Below are positions 1 through 11,638 of a stretch of DNA of 64,000 nt, piece by piece (the stretch's first letter is position 1; each line of letters opens with the position of its first letter). A program made the position numbers and the translations under genes. Source of the stretch: Tubulanus polymorphus. Its lineage: Eukaryota; Animalia; Nemertea. The stretch lies in the NCBI RefSeq assembly GCF_964204645.1, contig NC_134030.1, positions 789,355 to 853,354 of the forward strand. Reading direction: 5' to 3'. The notes beneath the pieces were generated by a model, which worked only from the letters and a program-made list of their open reading frames with translations, was not told the origin of the DNA and did no database searches.

Positions 1-42
1 TACAAGGATTTGCAACATGTCTAGTCTTTTTCTTCCGTCTCC

Positions 43-267
43 GGTGATGTAATAGAACACGGTACAATCAAAGCGATCCGAGGCGAGGGTATGCCGCTCT
101 ACAAGAGTCCGTTCGAGAAAGGCAAACTGATCATCCACTTCGACGTGAAATTCCCGAAGAAAAATTTCCTATCGAAAGATCAAATCGAATCTCTAGAGAA
201 GTGCGTCTGCCGCCTCGTACGGAGACGATCGTCTCTGACGGACGCCGAGGAACACAATCTGGACGAT
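43..267 (+). pseudogene. DNAJA1: DnaJ/Hsp40 subfamily A C-terminal exon fragment, frameshifted and truncated
   Basis: Translates GDVIEHGTIKAIRGEGMPLYKSPFEKGKLIIHFDVKFP..LEKC, then LPPRTETIVSD in a shifted frame (+2 nt), then DAEEHNL after a +1 nt shift. This matches the DNAJA C-terminal domain (GEGMP..KG.LII.F.V.FP..LPPR). The preceding pyrimidine tract ends in CCG rather than CAG, no C-terminal CaaX end follows, and repeat DNA starts at about 270. Paralogue identity within DNAJA is uncertain. Confidence 0.75.
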
Positions 268-449
268 CGTCAACTCCGATTTTCGAACTATTTCCGGAAT
301 ATAGTTCCGACTAATGGACATTCTGTTTCGTTTAGTTCGACTATAGTTAACCAACTCAGATAACCGAAGGTGGCCCTGGGTTCGTGAAAATGATTCACGG
401 GACCGGCCGTGAAAAGCAGTTAATTTTACAGCAGGGCAGTGAAATGGGG

Positions 450-657
450 GTGTTACTAAAAACTATGCGCACCGGTACTAAAACGAAGACCTATGCACTT
501 TGAGGTTATTAAAACTATTCATGACTAAAAAGAAATCCAAGATACTCGAAATCATCACTTGGGGCGCTCTGTACCACCTCTGCCTGAAACGTTAATTGGT
601 CGGTTTTCTCGGGTGCATATAGTCTTCGTTTTTAGTAGTGCTTCGTTTTAGTAACAC
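450..657. mobile_element. MITE-like element with terminal and subterminal inverted repeats
   Basis: GTGTTACTAAAA (450) pairs with TTTTAGTAACAC (646-657); TACTAAAACGAAGACCTATGCAC pairs imperfectly with GTGCATATAGTCTTCGTTTTTAGTA. Confidence 0.6.
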
Positions 658-929
658 TTGTTGCTTAACTAAAATGAATGACACATTTCAAAAACAATCA
701 TATTTATTCTCATACAACAATTATACAAAATGCCAGGTTTGTGCTCGAGGAATTATAACTTAAGTTCCTCAAACACGTGGACTTTCAAAAACAACTAGTC
801 CAACCACCATAGGCGTATAAACTATAAACTAGAGTTTATACATCCATGGTCCAACCATAGACTCTAAAACAGAAACGTCTATGGCCCACAACCATGGACT
901 CTTAAACCGTGAGTCCATGGCTCCCCGCA

Positions 930-3075
930 CTAAAACCAGAGATAAACCTGGCCAAATACTCTGGAAAGCGTAGGATTAATCAATCTGATTTACATTCTTT
1001 ACATCATTTTATTTCACATATCATATTATTAACTTTTAGCTTATTTTCTCAAATTTTAATAGTAATTTTATTTCTATTACTATGTATGAAATTGTACTAA
1101 CTTAAAAACAAAGTTACATGTAAGGTATTTAGAAGTCTTTATCTACGATACATTTCCACTACAGCTGATTTATACAATTTGCATCAATAGGAAAATAACA
1201 AAAATACACAAAGAATTATGAACTTTGATCCATAAAAAAACTGAAAATTGAATTAGTCTGAAAGTCTAAGATTATGAATTTGACAATTCATGAGATCAGT
1301 AGATCAATATAACCGACACTTTGTTATATTTCATGAAATATGAATCTATCATGTCAATTTTTCAAATGACATCGATTGAGGACATCTCATTTATCAAGAA
1401 AAACCTCAACTTTATTCGATAGGACCTTAATAAAACAATGTTTTATGAACAATTGACATGAACATGTCGTTTTATCTCCACAACAACAATTATACCTAAA
1501 TGACAGGTATTCATGTACTGGAGGAAGTGCGTCAGTCATTTACAAAAACGTGACCTGTATTTCAAAAAAGTCTCCAACATAAAAACATTATAACCGGAGA
1601 TAAATCCACAAATTCAAACTGGAAAGCGTAAGATTAGATTAACTAAACAGTCTTAGATTTAATTTTCATTAACATTATTTTACAAGATAATTAGTTTTGC
1701 CACCTTTGCCTTGTATTTAAGAGGTTTCAAGACATTATCAAATTGGTTATTTTCTCAAATGTTACATTTAATGCAAAGTATTTTGGAGGTATTCTCTTCT
1801 ATGCATTCAACAAGAGTATATAAATCGAGTACATAAATATTGTTCAACTGACAATTTGAATAGAGCTAGGGCAATTACTAATAACTAATGGCTTTGCTAC
1901 AATTAAGTGAAGATTCAATAACTTACTTTTTGAGGTGCTTCTTGTGCAGATATTTCAGAACCCATATAGACATTGTTAAACCATGGTTTTAGAGTCCATA
2001 GCTAGAATAATCTACTGATTAATACTGTTCTTTTATCCTCATTTATCAAGAGACTGCTGCTCTATTTTGCTACTCTATTTTCCGTAAGGGCCTTAATGAA
2101 AATAGTATTTTATGAACCATTGATGAGCACCGCAGTATGAATGACGAAACATATATATCATTTTATTCTTTACACAACGATTATACCTCGCTAAATGAGT
2201 TATTCAAAAAACAGTTCAACATAAAACCTACAAATTCACTCACTCTGGAAAGTGTAAGGTAAACTAATTAATATTAGTTATTACAAGAAAAATAAAAACA
2301 TTGCCAAAAATTTCCTCGTCTGAGAGATTTCTTTAATTATCAACTAGCTTATTTCACAAATGTTACATTTGAAACAAAGCAGGGTCTGATTTAAGCACTA
2401 GTCCAATTGCCCGGGACAAGTATATTTTCATTACGGCATGTAGGTTATCACAATCACTTGTCCACCGGGCTTGTGTAATTCTATGTCTCAAAGCGTTTAT
2501 CCCACTCAATGCAAGGGATGATTGTGTCACAATTGGACTGCTCATGTAGGGCAAGTTGATTTTTGAGGGGGGGGAAGTGATATTGCATATGCTTGCCCCA
2601 AGGTCAAGTGGCATTTATTCCTTAGATCAAACCCTGCAAACTATGATAACTAGGAGAATTGACCAATTAGCACTGTATCCTCGAGTTGGCCTATCAAGAA
2701 ACTGCTCGTTCTATTCTATGCTCCTGCTAATTAAATCAGTATTTTATGAACCGCTGAAAAGCACCACAGCGAAATTGTTGTTATAAAAATTAACAACTAA
2801 ATGTTACAACATGAATGATGAAAATGTACATCGTTTTATTCACACAACAATAATATCTTAATCGAGGAATCATCATGCAAATTCCTAATTTCCAAACATG
2901 CGTTATGTGTTACAATAATAGTCACCAACATAGAGCATTAAAACTAGAGATGGAACATACAGATTCACTCTGGAAATCTCAGTATCAACTAATCATTACT
3001 TCCACTAGAAAACTAGAATTTTGCCTACTTAACCTTGTCTTAAAGATGTCCAAGTACCTTGGCATTAAATACTAA
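930..3075. repeat. Diverged tandem repeat of a ~650-bp unit (about 3.5 copies)
   Basis: CTGGAAA(GCGTA)-type anchors at ~961, 1619, 2245 and 2970; a TATCAAGA...TTTTATGAAC anchor at ~1390, 2044 and 2692. Confidence 0.6.
2380..2636. mobile_element. Small TIR element (CAGGG...CCCTG, hAT-like ends) inserted in one repeat unit
   Basis: CAGGGTCTGAT at 2380 pairs with ATCAAACCCTG ending 2636; the element is absent from the sister unit at ~1760-1790. No clean TSD. Confidence 0.55.
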
Positions 3076-4659
3076 GTATTCTGATGTTTTTTTTTCTGGC
3101 AGCTTCGAAAACATCAACATAATCATACAATCGGTAAATAATCAATTATATCAATAACTTAAGTTTATAGCTGTTTTACATTCTTTCTAAAAAGTAAAAT
3201 GTATGTACCAGATTTAAGATAGTAAGTCTACCCATGTATAACAATAAACAGTCACAGCAGTGATTGAGCGCGGCTAGTTGAAAGGACGGGTCGATCTTTC
3301 ATCACAGTTATTCAAAGCATTCTATCATATCAGTTATTTTTTATGTGTGTTCGATTTAGTTAAGATGTATGGTTATTTGTTTTGTTCATTACAATAACCG
3401 AGTCCGATAGAATGCTTAAAACAACAACAGAAAAGATATCGGGTTTTCGCTATACTTAGGGAAGGTTGTTCGATAAATGAAGAACCTTGTTGATAAATAT
3501 TTGAAAAAATGCCTATTCATGTAAATAGAGTATTAATTTGTTGTTTGTTTCTATTGTTGTTTATTATTTTTATCTATTTTCTAATATTATCTATTAATGT
3601 ATATATATTTATGTACTTGTATTTTGTATTATTTACTACTTATTATTTATTGGGTTTTTTTTTATTTACTTTTTATCAATTTATGTACTTGTAGTTTGTA
3701 TTATGTATTATTTATACTCCTCTATTTACAACTGCAGGCATTTTTTCACTGTAAAGTTCCTGGGCCCATTTTAGAAAAGCGCTACTGATTCACTGCCACT
3801 CGTTGATAATCATTATACACCCAATTTGAAGCCAAGTGATTATTCACAAGAGCCATCTCGTGATATAGATTTACCCATTACAATAAAAGAAGTTCAAACA
3901 GCTATAAACAATGTTAAAACGTTCAAAATTAGTCCTAGCTATAACTTGTTATTCCTAGCTTTACCTCTCAAATGTAAATAATGGTCTCCTTTCAAATAAA
4001 GCTTTTGATTTCAAATACGTAGCTATGATCATCTAACAGATTGATGGAGGCTCAAAATTAAAACTTGATGTGAAAATCGACATATACGATTCAATTTTGA
4101 AATCAGTAACGAGACCTACGAGTCCAAACAAGGCGCTCGACGCGACCATTTACCCCTAGTGACTAACCTAACTAGACTTCTCTATCAACCAAGGATCGAA
4201 GACCAATATCGTGAATTAATGGAGCTTAGCTTTTATTAGACTCTCACATTGCATTAAACATTATAAAATAATTTCCTTCAAAACACTATATCAGACTGGT
4301 TTGAAGGGTGATAAGTAAAAAAATCAATACTTTACTACAGAAATCCGCTATTGTCTTTGCCGCTCCTGGATCTCAGTATTTATAACATGCACTATTGTTT
4401 ATGCTGCTCCTAATAAGATACACTATTGTCTTTGCTGCTTTTAAAACAGTGTTTATCCTGAATCAGTGTTTACGAGATAATCCATTAGCTTTGTCGCTCG
4501 AATCAAGATTCATTATAGTCTCTGCAGCTCCTGATAAGATGTTTTATAGAAATCAACCACCGTTTGTAGAAGAATCCATCGTTGAGTGATTAATCAGTTG
4601 CTGGCTCCTCAACTTCTAAAAATGGGTCGATCAGTATTCATCTACTTGTAGATTTTCTG

Positions 4660-5400
4660 ATGAGTAGTTGATCTCAAGCTGGGTTTCTCCTTCGAGTTGA
4701 GCTGCAATAATTAAAAGAAGATATCCTGTAATGACCAAATATTTCAATAAGAATTAATCTTAATAATTTCATGAATATCAAGTTACCTTTTATGATTGCT
4801 GGGTTCGTTATCGGCGTGGATCATCTAAAGTTTGTTGGTTAATGAGTTCGATTCTGTTGGCTTAATCTGTGCACTGTTCAAATTGGTCGATTTTGGACGA
4901 GTAGTTGATCTCAAGCTGGGTTTTTTCGCATAGTTGAAATTTAGCTGCAATGATTAAAAGAAAATATTCTGTAATGACCAAATATTTCAATAAGAATTAA
5001 TCGTAATGATTCCATGTATATCAAGTTACCTTTTATGATTGCTGGGTTCGTTATTGGCGATTATCCTATTAGTTGGTTGGTTAATGAATTCGATTCTGTT
5101 GGCCTCATCTGTGCCCTGCTCCAGTTGGTGGATTTGGACGAGTAGCTGATCTCAAGCTTGGTTCTTTTTGATAGCTGAAATTTAGCTGCAATGAAAGATA
5201 TCCTGTAATGACAAAATATTTCATTTAGAATTAATCATAATGATTTCCATAAAAATAAACTTACATTTCAAGATTGATTGGTTGAGTATCGGTGACGATC
5301 TTCTGAGCTGGTTGGATTTTTCTGCGGGCGATTGGTAGATTTTGTTTGGTTGATTTGAGTTGGTGTCCCTTACAAACCCACCACACCTGCCGGGAGCGAA
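4660..5400 (-). pseudogene. Decayed tandem exon-intron array (~240-bp period), with a further diverged copy at ~8890-9030
   Basis: Three units, each with a minus-strand acceptor (TTGCAG) and donor (AAG|GTAAC or G|TAAGT). The ~155-nt exon-like segments contain stops or frameshifts. Confidence 0.45.
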
Positions 5401-8400
5401 ACAGGCGGGGTTTTTTCAAAATCAGAAATCGAAGTACAGATATAGTTGTGTGATCGGCGGTCGAGTTTACATAATTTTCTTTCTTTAAATCCAAGTAATT
5501 GCGAAATTCGGTTCCGGTTCATTCAAACAATCTTCCATCCAGTCAGAAAGCGACTGATTGGGGTTAACTTTTTTTTCTGCCTATTTTAATACATCGAGAT
5601 TTTGGATATCTATATTACAAGGTTGAAGATCATTTTGTACATTTTATGACTAATCGATTAGTAGTTTGGCTAAAAAAATAGCAGAATCTTGTGAGCAGAA
5701 AATCCTTTCGAATATCACTGATCATAATTAATGTGTCAATTCACATATAAGATCGGCAATGTGGGCCGATACGTAGATTTTGATAATAGTCAATTATTAA
5801 ATGATATTCATATGAAATTCAACTCATATTGTTATTCATCTATATTCTAGATATCTAAGCAATGGTTGATTATTATAGTTTAACAACAATTCAACTAAAG
5901 CATCTATAGTCATCTCTAGGAATACCAGAGTTACAACAAATTTAGTAATGCATAATCAATCTTATCAAATCGTTTTTGAACTGTTTTCTCTTCTATCTTC
6001 TTGAAATTCTTGATGTGTCTTTTATTGAAACCCAGGCCCATCATACAGTGCAAACCTGCTAGTAATATTGGCCTATATATATTTCGATTGTCAGCTAAAC
6101 CATGTTCGTATTATCAAATTGACTTCATCGTCAGTTAATAAACTTAAGAGATGTTTTCTACCCACAGATGGTGACATCTGTACCCAGTAATTGGTATTCT
6201 AATCCATTTCATTAATTCTATATATTGCTCCTAATATATACAATGATTTTGTAATTATGATAATATAACTAACTGAAGAGTGAGTGCGCTGCCAGCATTG
6301 AGCACACTGATCCTATAAGTAACATGGTTCTACAGATTTAAGAAACCTCGAATCATTCGCACAACTCGACAAATCCAGAATTCTGCAAAGCCTTAAAGAT
6401 TCAATAAATCCCACGCACTAGAGACAGAGTTAAAACATACCCAGTATTCTTTATATATCAATCAATATTAAATAAAACAGTTGTCTTATCAACCCCTATG
6501 GTTTAGATTTGAGCACTTTTGCCTTATATTAAGATGCTGAATTGGATACCAAATCAATTAGTTAATTGATAATGTCCTTAATGTCCTAGCTATAATTGAA
6601 ATTGTCTCGGACAATATTTTATATGGGGCTTGAAATTTCTACACGAGAAGAATTTCAGATCCGGTACGAATTTGAATTAATCACTATTTGAACTGCTGAT
6701 TTTGCATCAGAGCTTTTGATACCTAGCTTAACTAACCCAGAATCCCCCAAAACCTAACTGATTCAACAGATCCCACACACACATGTGGCCCAGTTAGACG
6801 CAGATGACATTGCACGATACAGTCGTCTCATCCACTGTGCAATTTTGAATAAGTTTCACTTATATTCATTACAATGAATTAATTTTAATTGAATTCTAGG
6901 TATCTAAGCGAACCATTAATTAGTAATCATACTAGCTATATTTTAATTGTCAGTGGAACAATATTTATATGGAGCCTGAAAATCTACATGAGTAGAATTT
7001 CAGATGTGGTGAATTCGTCACTATTTAAATTCATCAGAAATTAAAGATAAAAAAGCATATTTTTAGTGGTAAATTAGAAATTCCCTTAGCCGAATGGCTA
7101 TATAATCTTTATTTCCCTTATATAGTACACTGTGTATAAGGACCAAAAGACCTTGTTATGACTGGACCTCCCTGGTGCGGTGCAAGACATGATGCTAGAA
7201 AATAGTTTGAAGGAGAGGGGTTAGTAAAAGAGAGCTATTAGCAAGAGGAATAAGACCTAAATTTAGGATATCCTGTCAGAATAAGGCTCTCAATCTGACA
7301 TACACAGTGAAATTGAAATATTCCCCCTTCCAAATTCAGGAATGTATTTGTGCACAGATTTGTTTTATCTCCCTTCGATCGGAAGTAAATCTGCGTTAAT
7401 ACAGCTGTAAGAGACAATAGGTTCACTAGATACAGATAAATAAATGTGCTCAGATACACATGTATCAGCTTTAAATGTCCATGGACCTGAACTAAAAATA
7501 TTTTCACATAACAATTGGATTTACCTTAATTGTAGATATCTAAGTAATACGTTAATGAGTAATTCAAGCAATATTCTAATTGTCAGTTAAACTATATCTA
7601 TTATGCGTCACTCGACACACAGTATGGCTTTTAGATATTATTTGAATCAGTTAGGTTTCGGTAAATTTTGGCAATATTGAAGAGCATGACCAGTCGCCGT
7701 AAGTACGGCAGTTTGAGATGCAAGTACTGATCAGTCGATGAAACTGATTCAGATGTGCTCATACATATATCAGCTATATTTAATTTTCAGTTTAACGACA
7801 TTTATATTATGGACCTGTATTACATATAGTTTTTGATCTTACATGAAATATTGATTGTGGAATCTTAATTATGGATATCTAAGCCATTTGTTAATGAGCA
7901 ATTTGTCCTAGCTATATATATGATAATTGTCAGTTAATCAATAATCATAGCGTAAAACAAGGCACAAAGTATGGCTCTGGGGAATGATTTGGATCAATTT
8001 AAGCTTTGTTTCATTCTAGATTTGTCAAAGTGCTGAGACGTAATCATAGTTTCTAAAAGATCCACAGTCCATAGTTTACCCCATATTACACCAGATCTCG
8101 ATAGAGCCCTAGACACTATTTTATAGATCTTTCCGCGGAGAAATTCATTAATGCAATGGGTAAAGCAGCACATAATATATACTGTGAAGTGCCTGAATGT
8201 TTATAAATGTATCAATATACTATTTGTAAAAAAATCTATTAACCAACGATAAGTTTAATTGATATATATCTTTACAGGTAAAGCCAGCCTTAATGTATAC
8301 GGGGCCCTAAAATATCTACACCAGAAAAATTTGTCATCAAACATTATAAGATATTGAATGATTGCTAATATCTAAGCGATTGGTTGATTAGTAAATTGTC

Positions 8401-9137
8401 CTATCTCTATATCTTGATAGTCAGTTGAACAATAGTCGTATGAGGCCTGAAATATCTACGGTACATTCGGAAAATTTCAAATGTCACATAAGATAATGAA
8501 TTTATCTTAATTGTACATACTTAAAAAAATCTGAATTAATAACTGACCAATATTCATTTTAATTATCAGCCAAAGTAGGCCTATAATTATTTTATACATA
8601 TATATATATATATATAGTTATATTTCATTTTACTATCAACAATATACCGGCCACAGAGCCTCAATAAAGTAGTGCGGAGATGCCGAGCTTGACCAGCTCT
8701 ATCCTTTCCAGTGCCTATGCATTTTGCTCCAGGTATGAAAAATCAACTTAGCTTTATGTCCCGGTATGTATGCATTCCTGTTGCTTATGCAGAATGAGGT
8801 CAAGACTGCCAGGTTCGGTTGCAGCAGGTCTTTCGGTGGTTGGTTTAATCAAGGTGGAGTCTTTTGTGGTCACTTCTGGTGGGTAGATTTTAGGTTGATA
8901 TCAAGCTGGGCATTTCCAGATTAAGTTTAGCTGAAATGAGCAAAAGAATGATATTCTGTAGTTACACAATCCTTTCCATACATCGTAATTTACATGTGTA
9001 TCAACTTAACTTTCAATATTGCTGAGTTCAGTGTTCTTTTTTCGGCATCGTCTTCTTTGTAGTCGCCTTCAGCATCTTCTTCTTCATCTTGGGAATCCTG
9101 AAATAAAAAAAAAGAGAAGAGCGATGAAAACCTGGTA

Positions 9138-9350
9138 CGGAACAAAACTAATGTCCGAAAGCTTTACAGCTCTCCATCGCCGGTCACATGCCCAGAACAC
9201 CAGACAATGAGCCAGCCAGGAATATACTGCCCTCTACACGCCCTCACACAGAACTCGAAAACCAGAATGACAACGCCTCACATTCCCCATCTAACTGCAG
9301 GGTGTACTGGGCGACGTCAGTAACTGACACACCTGTAAAATTGCACGAAA
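9138..9350 (+). mobile_element. Non-LTR retrotransposon 3' fragment (RTE-like ORF C-terminus), degenerate
   Basis: Diverged inverted copy of 9720-9915; encodes remnants of QLSIAGHMPRTPDNEPAR..LYTPSH. Confidence 0.6.
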
Positions 9351-9409
9351 CACAAATAGCGCAGTACAACCAGCTTGACCGGGTTGAGATTCAGGATCTC
9401 AACTAGCAC

Positions 9410-9680
9410 CCAAAAGCGTGACAAGAGACTTCATCCACTGACCGAGGTTGTCACAAGGACACAATGAAACTAGCACTCACAAGCCGACGAGAGACTTCAT
9501 CCACTGACCGAGGTTGTCACAAGGACACAATGAAAACTAGCACTCAAACTAGAAATCAAAGAGCGTGACAGTAGAATCATCCCTCAGCCGACTCAGAATA
9601 CCAGAAACAAAGAGCGTGACAGTAGAATCATCCCTCATCCGGGTGGTCACAAGGACACAATGAATGCTAGTAGCGTGACA
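9410..9680. repeat. Tandem duplications (~45-70 bp units) between the two inverted LINE fragments
   Basis: GAGACTTCATCCACTGACCGAGGTTGTCACAAGGACACAATGAAA x2; AAAGAGCGTGACAGTAGAATCATCCCTCA x2. Confidence 0.7.
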
Positions 9681-9719
9681 ATCCAGTATAACCGCTCCAC
9701 TTGTATCCCGCGCAATCCC

Positions 9720-9915
9720 ACAGATATGCCCGTCATTGACATCACTCGGCACACTTTGTAGATAGGTGGGGGCAGTGAGGCCTCGTCATCCTGGTTTCCG
9801 TGTTCCGTATGAGGGCGTGTAGAGGGCAGAATTTCCTGACCGACTCTTTGTCTGAAATCCTCGACACATGACCGGCGAAGGAGAGCTGACGCTTTCGGAC
9901 ATTAGTTTTGTTCCA
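9720..9915 (-). mobile_element. Non-LTR retrotransposon 3' fragment (RTE-like ORF C-terminus), degenerate
   Basis: RKRQLSFAGHVSR..(frameshift)..ALYTPSYGTRKPG resembles the RRLRFAGH..R....P..G.R..GRP motif that follows the RT domain in RTE-type LINEs. Confidence 0.65.
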
Positions 9916-11485
9916 GCAAACGTTGAAATTCGACAGAGAAATCGGCCCTGAAAAATAAAACGGGTTAATTGCTGAAAAATAGAACGGATTAATAAACACG
10001 GAACAGTACAGGACAGCACAGAGACAAACAGTAACACATAAAACATAAAGACGTCGTTCCTCAGGAAGCAGGAACAGGAGCAGGAGCGGGAGCGCAGCGA
10101 AAATCGCCAGGAGGAGAATCCACGGTAGCATGTTCACAGTGTGAGTGTGCAGAGGTGAATGAGGCCTATGCTTGTGTACACCGTGGTCAGCCGGTGACGT
10201 ATTCAATAGCGCGTATAAATGATATCAACAACTCTGAAAACCCGCAATTGTGTCTCTATTGTTGAATGGATTTACATTATGAGGTTCCACTGCCGGGTTG
10301 AATACGCACCAGTAGTCAGCTGAACAATATAGTGGAGGAACTTTAATAAGGCCATGAAATAAATTACTTGATTCCCAACAGCTACTTCCGAATTTATAAG
10401 CATCCGCCAGTTTTTTTTCTTAAATTCTAGAATAATTTATAAATTATACCAACCGATAGCACTTCCAGTTAAAGATTCACACCAACACAGGTCTTCCTAT
10501 CATAGAAACCGCGTAAACATTTACTAATGAAATTAGTTTATTAGTCACGGACAGTTCATGCACCCCGAGATAACTACCTCACATGCACGAGGAAAGCGGT
10601 CTATTTGAGTCCTGGGGGAAAACCCACTAATACCATGTATTCACGATTATTCATCATTCTTACTGTTATCACAGAATCCCGTCAATAGACAGATTTTCAT
10701 TAAAAAAAACTCCTCGATTCAATTGAGGGGAGATATATGAGGCATTTTTAATTACTTGGAGCACAGATCCTCTGAAATTCTGCCAAAAACTTCATGCTTA
10801 CCACTCATAATTTAAAAAAAAAAACAAATTGTTTTCTTTAATTTTGATACTCAACTGGAGATTAAACGGTACATCGTCATGTAAATTTAGGAAAGTCCAT
10901 ATTAGAATTTCGTTTCTTGATGTTCCAATTTACTCTTATCCAAATTTTTGATTTTGGTCAGAGTATGGCGGTATCAAATCATGCGTACAGGGTCAGTCTG
11001 TCCATGAGGATACTAGTTGTGATAAGTCAGACAAGTCATGATTAGGCATTGATGCAATTCACTAAGTAAAAAACTGCCACCTGCCACTTTTTTCCACATT
11101 AAGTGTTAAATTCTACTTAAGCCTACAAAAATCCTCTGATAGAAGAAAAATAAACTCAAAAGAAAAACCATATAGTAAATGATAATAATGATATCGAGTT
11201 TATTAATAATCACAATGCAATAAAAGTGGTAATTTTCAATTTGCCTCGTGCAAATTCATACGCTCGCTGTTGTAATGTGGTCACATTTCTCTGGTGAAAT
11301 TAATCCCTTAAGTTCCTAATCTTTGTTTCTTGGTGAAATAATGTACGTTGCATATTGACCCTCGCCATCAATGACTCTTGCCTTTCTTTCCTGCCACCTG
11401 AAATAATAAAAAGAAAGTATTTCTTAGTGGTTAATTATTGATGTCGAAAAGTCTGTAAAACATTCTTAGAATCTAGAAAATTATA

Positions 11486-11638
11486 CAGCGGAACCTCGTT
11501 GCAACGAACTTCAGGGCACCAGAAAATCTGTTAGTTATAATTCGTTATATCAAGTGTGGAAATAATTGATATTGTCTTATCTGGAATGAAATTCTAGTTT
11601 TGTAATAACTGATAAATTGTTAAAACGAGGTTCCACTG
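11486..11638. mobile_element. Tc1/mariner(pogo)-type MITE with TA flanks
   Basis: TA|CAGCGGAACCTCGTT ... AACGAGGTTCCACTG|TA; relatives at 40413-40571 and 44151-44290. Confidence 0.75.

Noticed and set aside
3480-3730. Hydrophobic membrane-protein-like ORFs (61 and 63 aa)
   Set aside because: T-rich low-complexity DNA that yields F/L/I/Y-rich translations.
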